Assembly: GCA_002633005.1 (NCBI GenBank)
Contig: NMRA01000007.1
Location: forward strand, 502,700-566,699
Source of the DNA: Phoronis australis
Lineage: Eukaryota > Animalia > Phoronida
Length of the DNA stretch: 64,000 bases
Direction of reading: 5' to 3'
Shown: positions 63,303 to 64,000 of the stretch, piece after piece
Layout: every line of letters starts with the position of its first letter
Numbering within the stretch: the first letter of the stretch is position 1
Program-made: the position numbers and the translations under genes
The notes under the pieces: model-generated
What the model was told of the DNA's origin: nothing
The model's input: the letters and a program-made list of their open reading frames with translations, nothing else
Databases searched by the model: none

Positions 63303-63694
63303 GTAAGTAGCGTTTATGCGTTTGATGAAACTTCGAGTTAACGTTGTTATCATGCATGCCAAGATCTCCAGATTTTGCATGTATTTTTTTGCTTAGTTCT
63401 GAATTTCATTTACATATCATTTTGTGTATTATTAAATGGATTGCAAGTGCGACGTTATAACATAATGAACCAGTGGCGGATCTAGGATATCACAAGGGGG
63501 GGCCAACATTTTGTCCGGGCGTGAGCATTTGCGCAAACCACGATTGTAGATGCGCATAGCACCGAATGGGGGGAGGTGGGGAGGGGGTTTTTATCTCTAA
63601 AAATCAAGCATTTTCCTTGATTTCTGAAGTATTATCCAAGAAAAAAGACAAAAAAGAAAAAAAAACACGGGGAACATGTCACACAGGAAAAACT

Positions 63695-63765
63695 GCGAGT
63701 TCCACAGATTCGAACTCACGACCTGACTGATAGGACGCGCGTCCTTTACCACTACAACACCACGA
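63695..63765 (-). mobile_element. tRNA-like head (tRNA-derived SINE or tRNA pseudogene)
   Basis: Minus strand GTGGTGTTGTAGTGGTAAAGGACGCGCGTCCTATCAGTCAGGTCGTGAGTTCGAATCTGTGG has an A-box-like motif and B-box GAGTTCGAATC, but no convincing cloverleaf. Confidence 0.5.
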
Positions 63766-64000
63766 CATCACTACTATCCAAAAACTACTAAGAGACCTAC
63801 TTGTTTATGGTCCACAGCATTTGCGCACGAAACCTACTTCTTTTTGAATGCTTATTACACGTTTTATACTTTGTGCAATCGGTTCTTACCAATTTTTTTG
63901 TATTTAAAATATATAGTCATCAAATGCCCAAAAGACCAAATCCGTTTTTCGTGTTGGCAATAATGACGGGATTGCGTTGGAAATCGTCTTAAGATAAGGT

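Noticed and set aside
63695-63765. Functional tRNA gene
   Set aside because: A and B boxes are present but the acceptor and anticodon stems do not pair; treated as a SINE head or pseudogene, as is 55390-55455.

Overview
Eukaryotic animal DNA, AT-rich with GT-AG introns and many MITE/SINE remnants; it looks like a marine invertebrate bilaterian, but the taxon cannot be fixed from sequence alone. Manual splicing supports six genes. (1) A 6-exon stand-alone Egalitarian/EXD1-like 3'-5' exonuclease-fold protein with degenerate catalytic residues (+, 4063-8918). (2) A 7-finger C2H2 zinc-finger protein with a single coding exon (-, 16844-18826). (3) A 5-exon BTB-less Kelch beta-propeller protein (+, 25906-30843). 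(4) A 2-exon Arg/Lys/Ser-rich protamine-like sperm nuclear basic protein (+, 34915-35483). (5) The 9-exon TFIIA large subunit GTF2A1 (+, 39518-47882). (6) The first four coding exons of an ExoU/VipD-type patatin phospholipase (+, from 60140, runs off the window). A further minus-strand gene may leave the left edge. Non-coding content includes Penelope-like GIY-YIG remnants, minimal hammerhead-ribozyme motifs, tRNA-derived SINE heads and several MITE families. The most notable observations are an in-frame 18-bp tandem array of identical splice donors plus a candidate stop-containing exon in the pseudo-nuclease gene, the hammerhead motifs (one with a U3-A8 core), and the architecture of the protamine-like gene. 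All gene models were built by eye and have no transcript or database confirmation.
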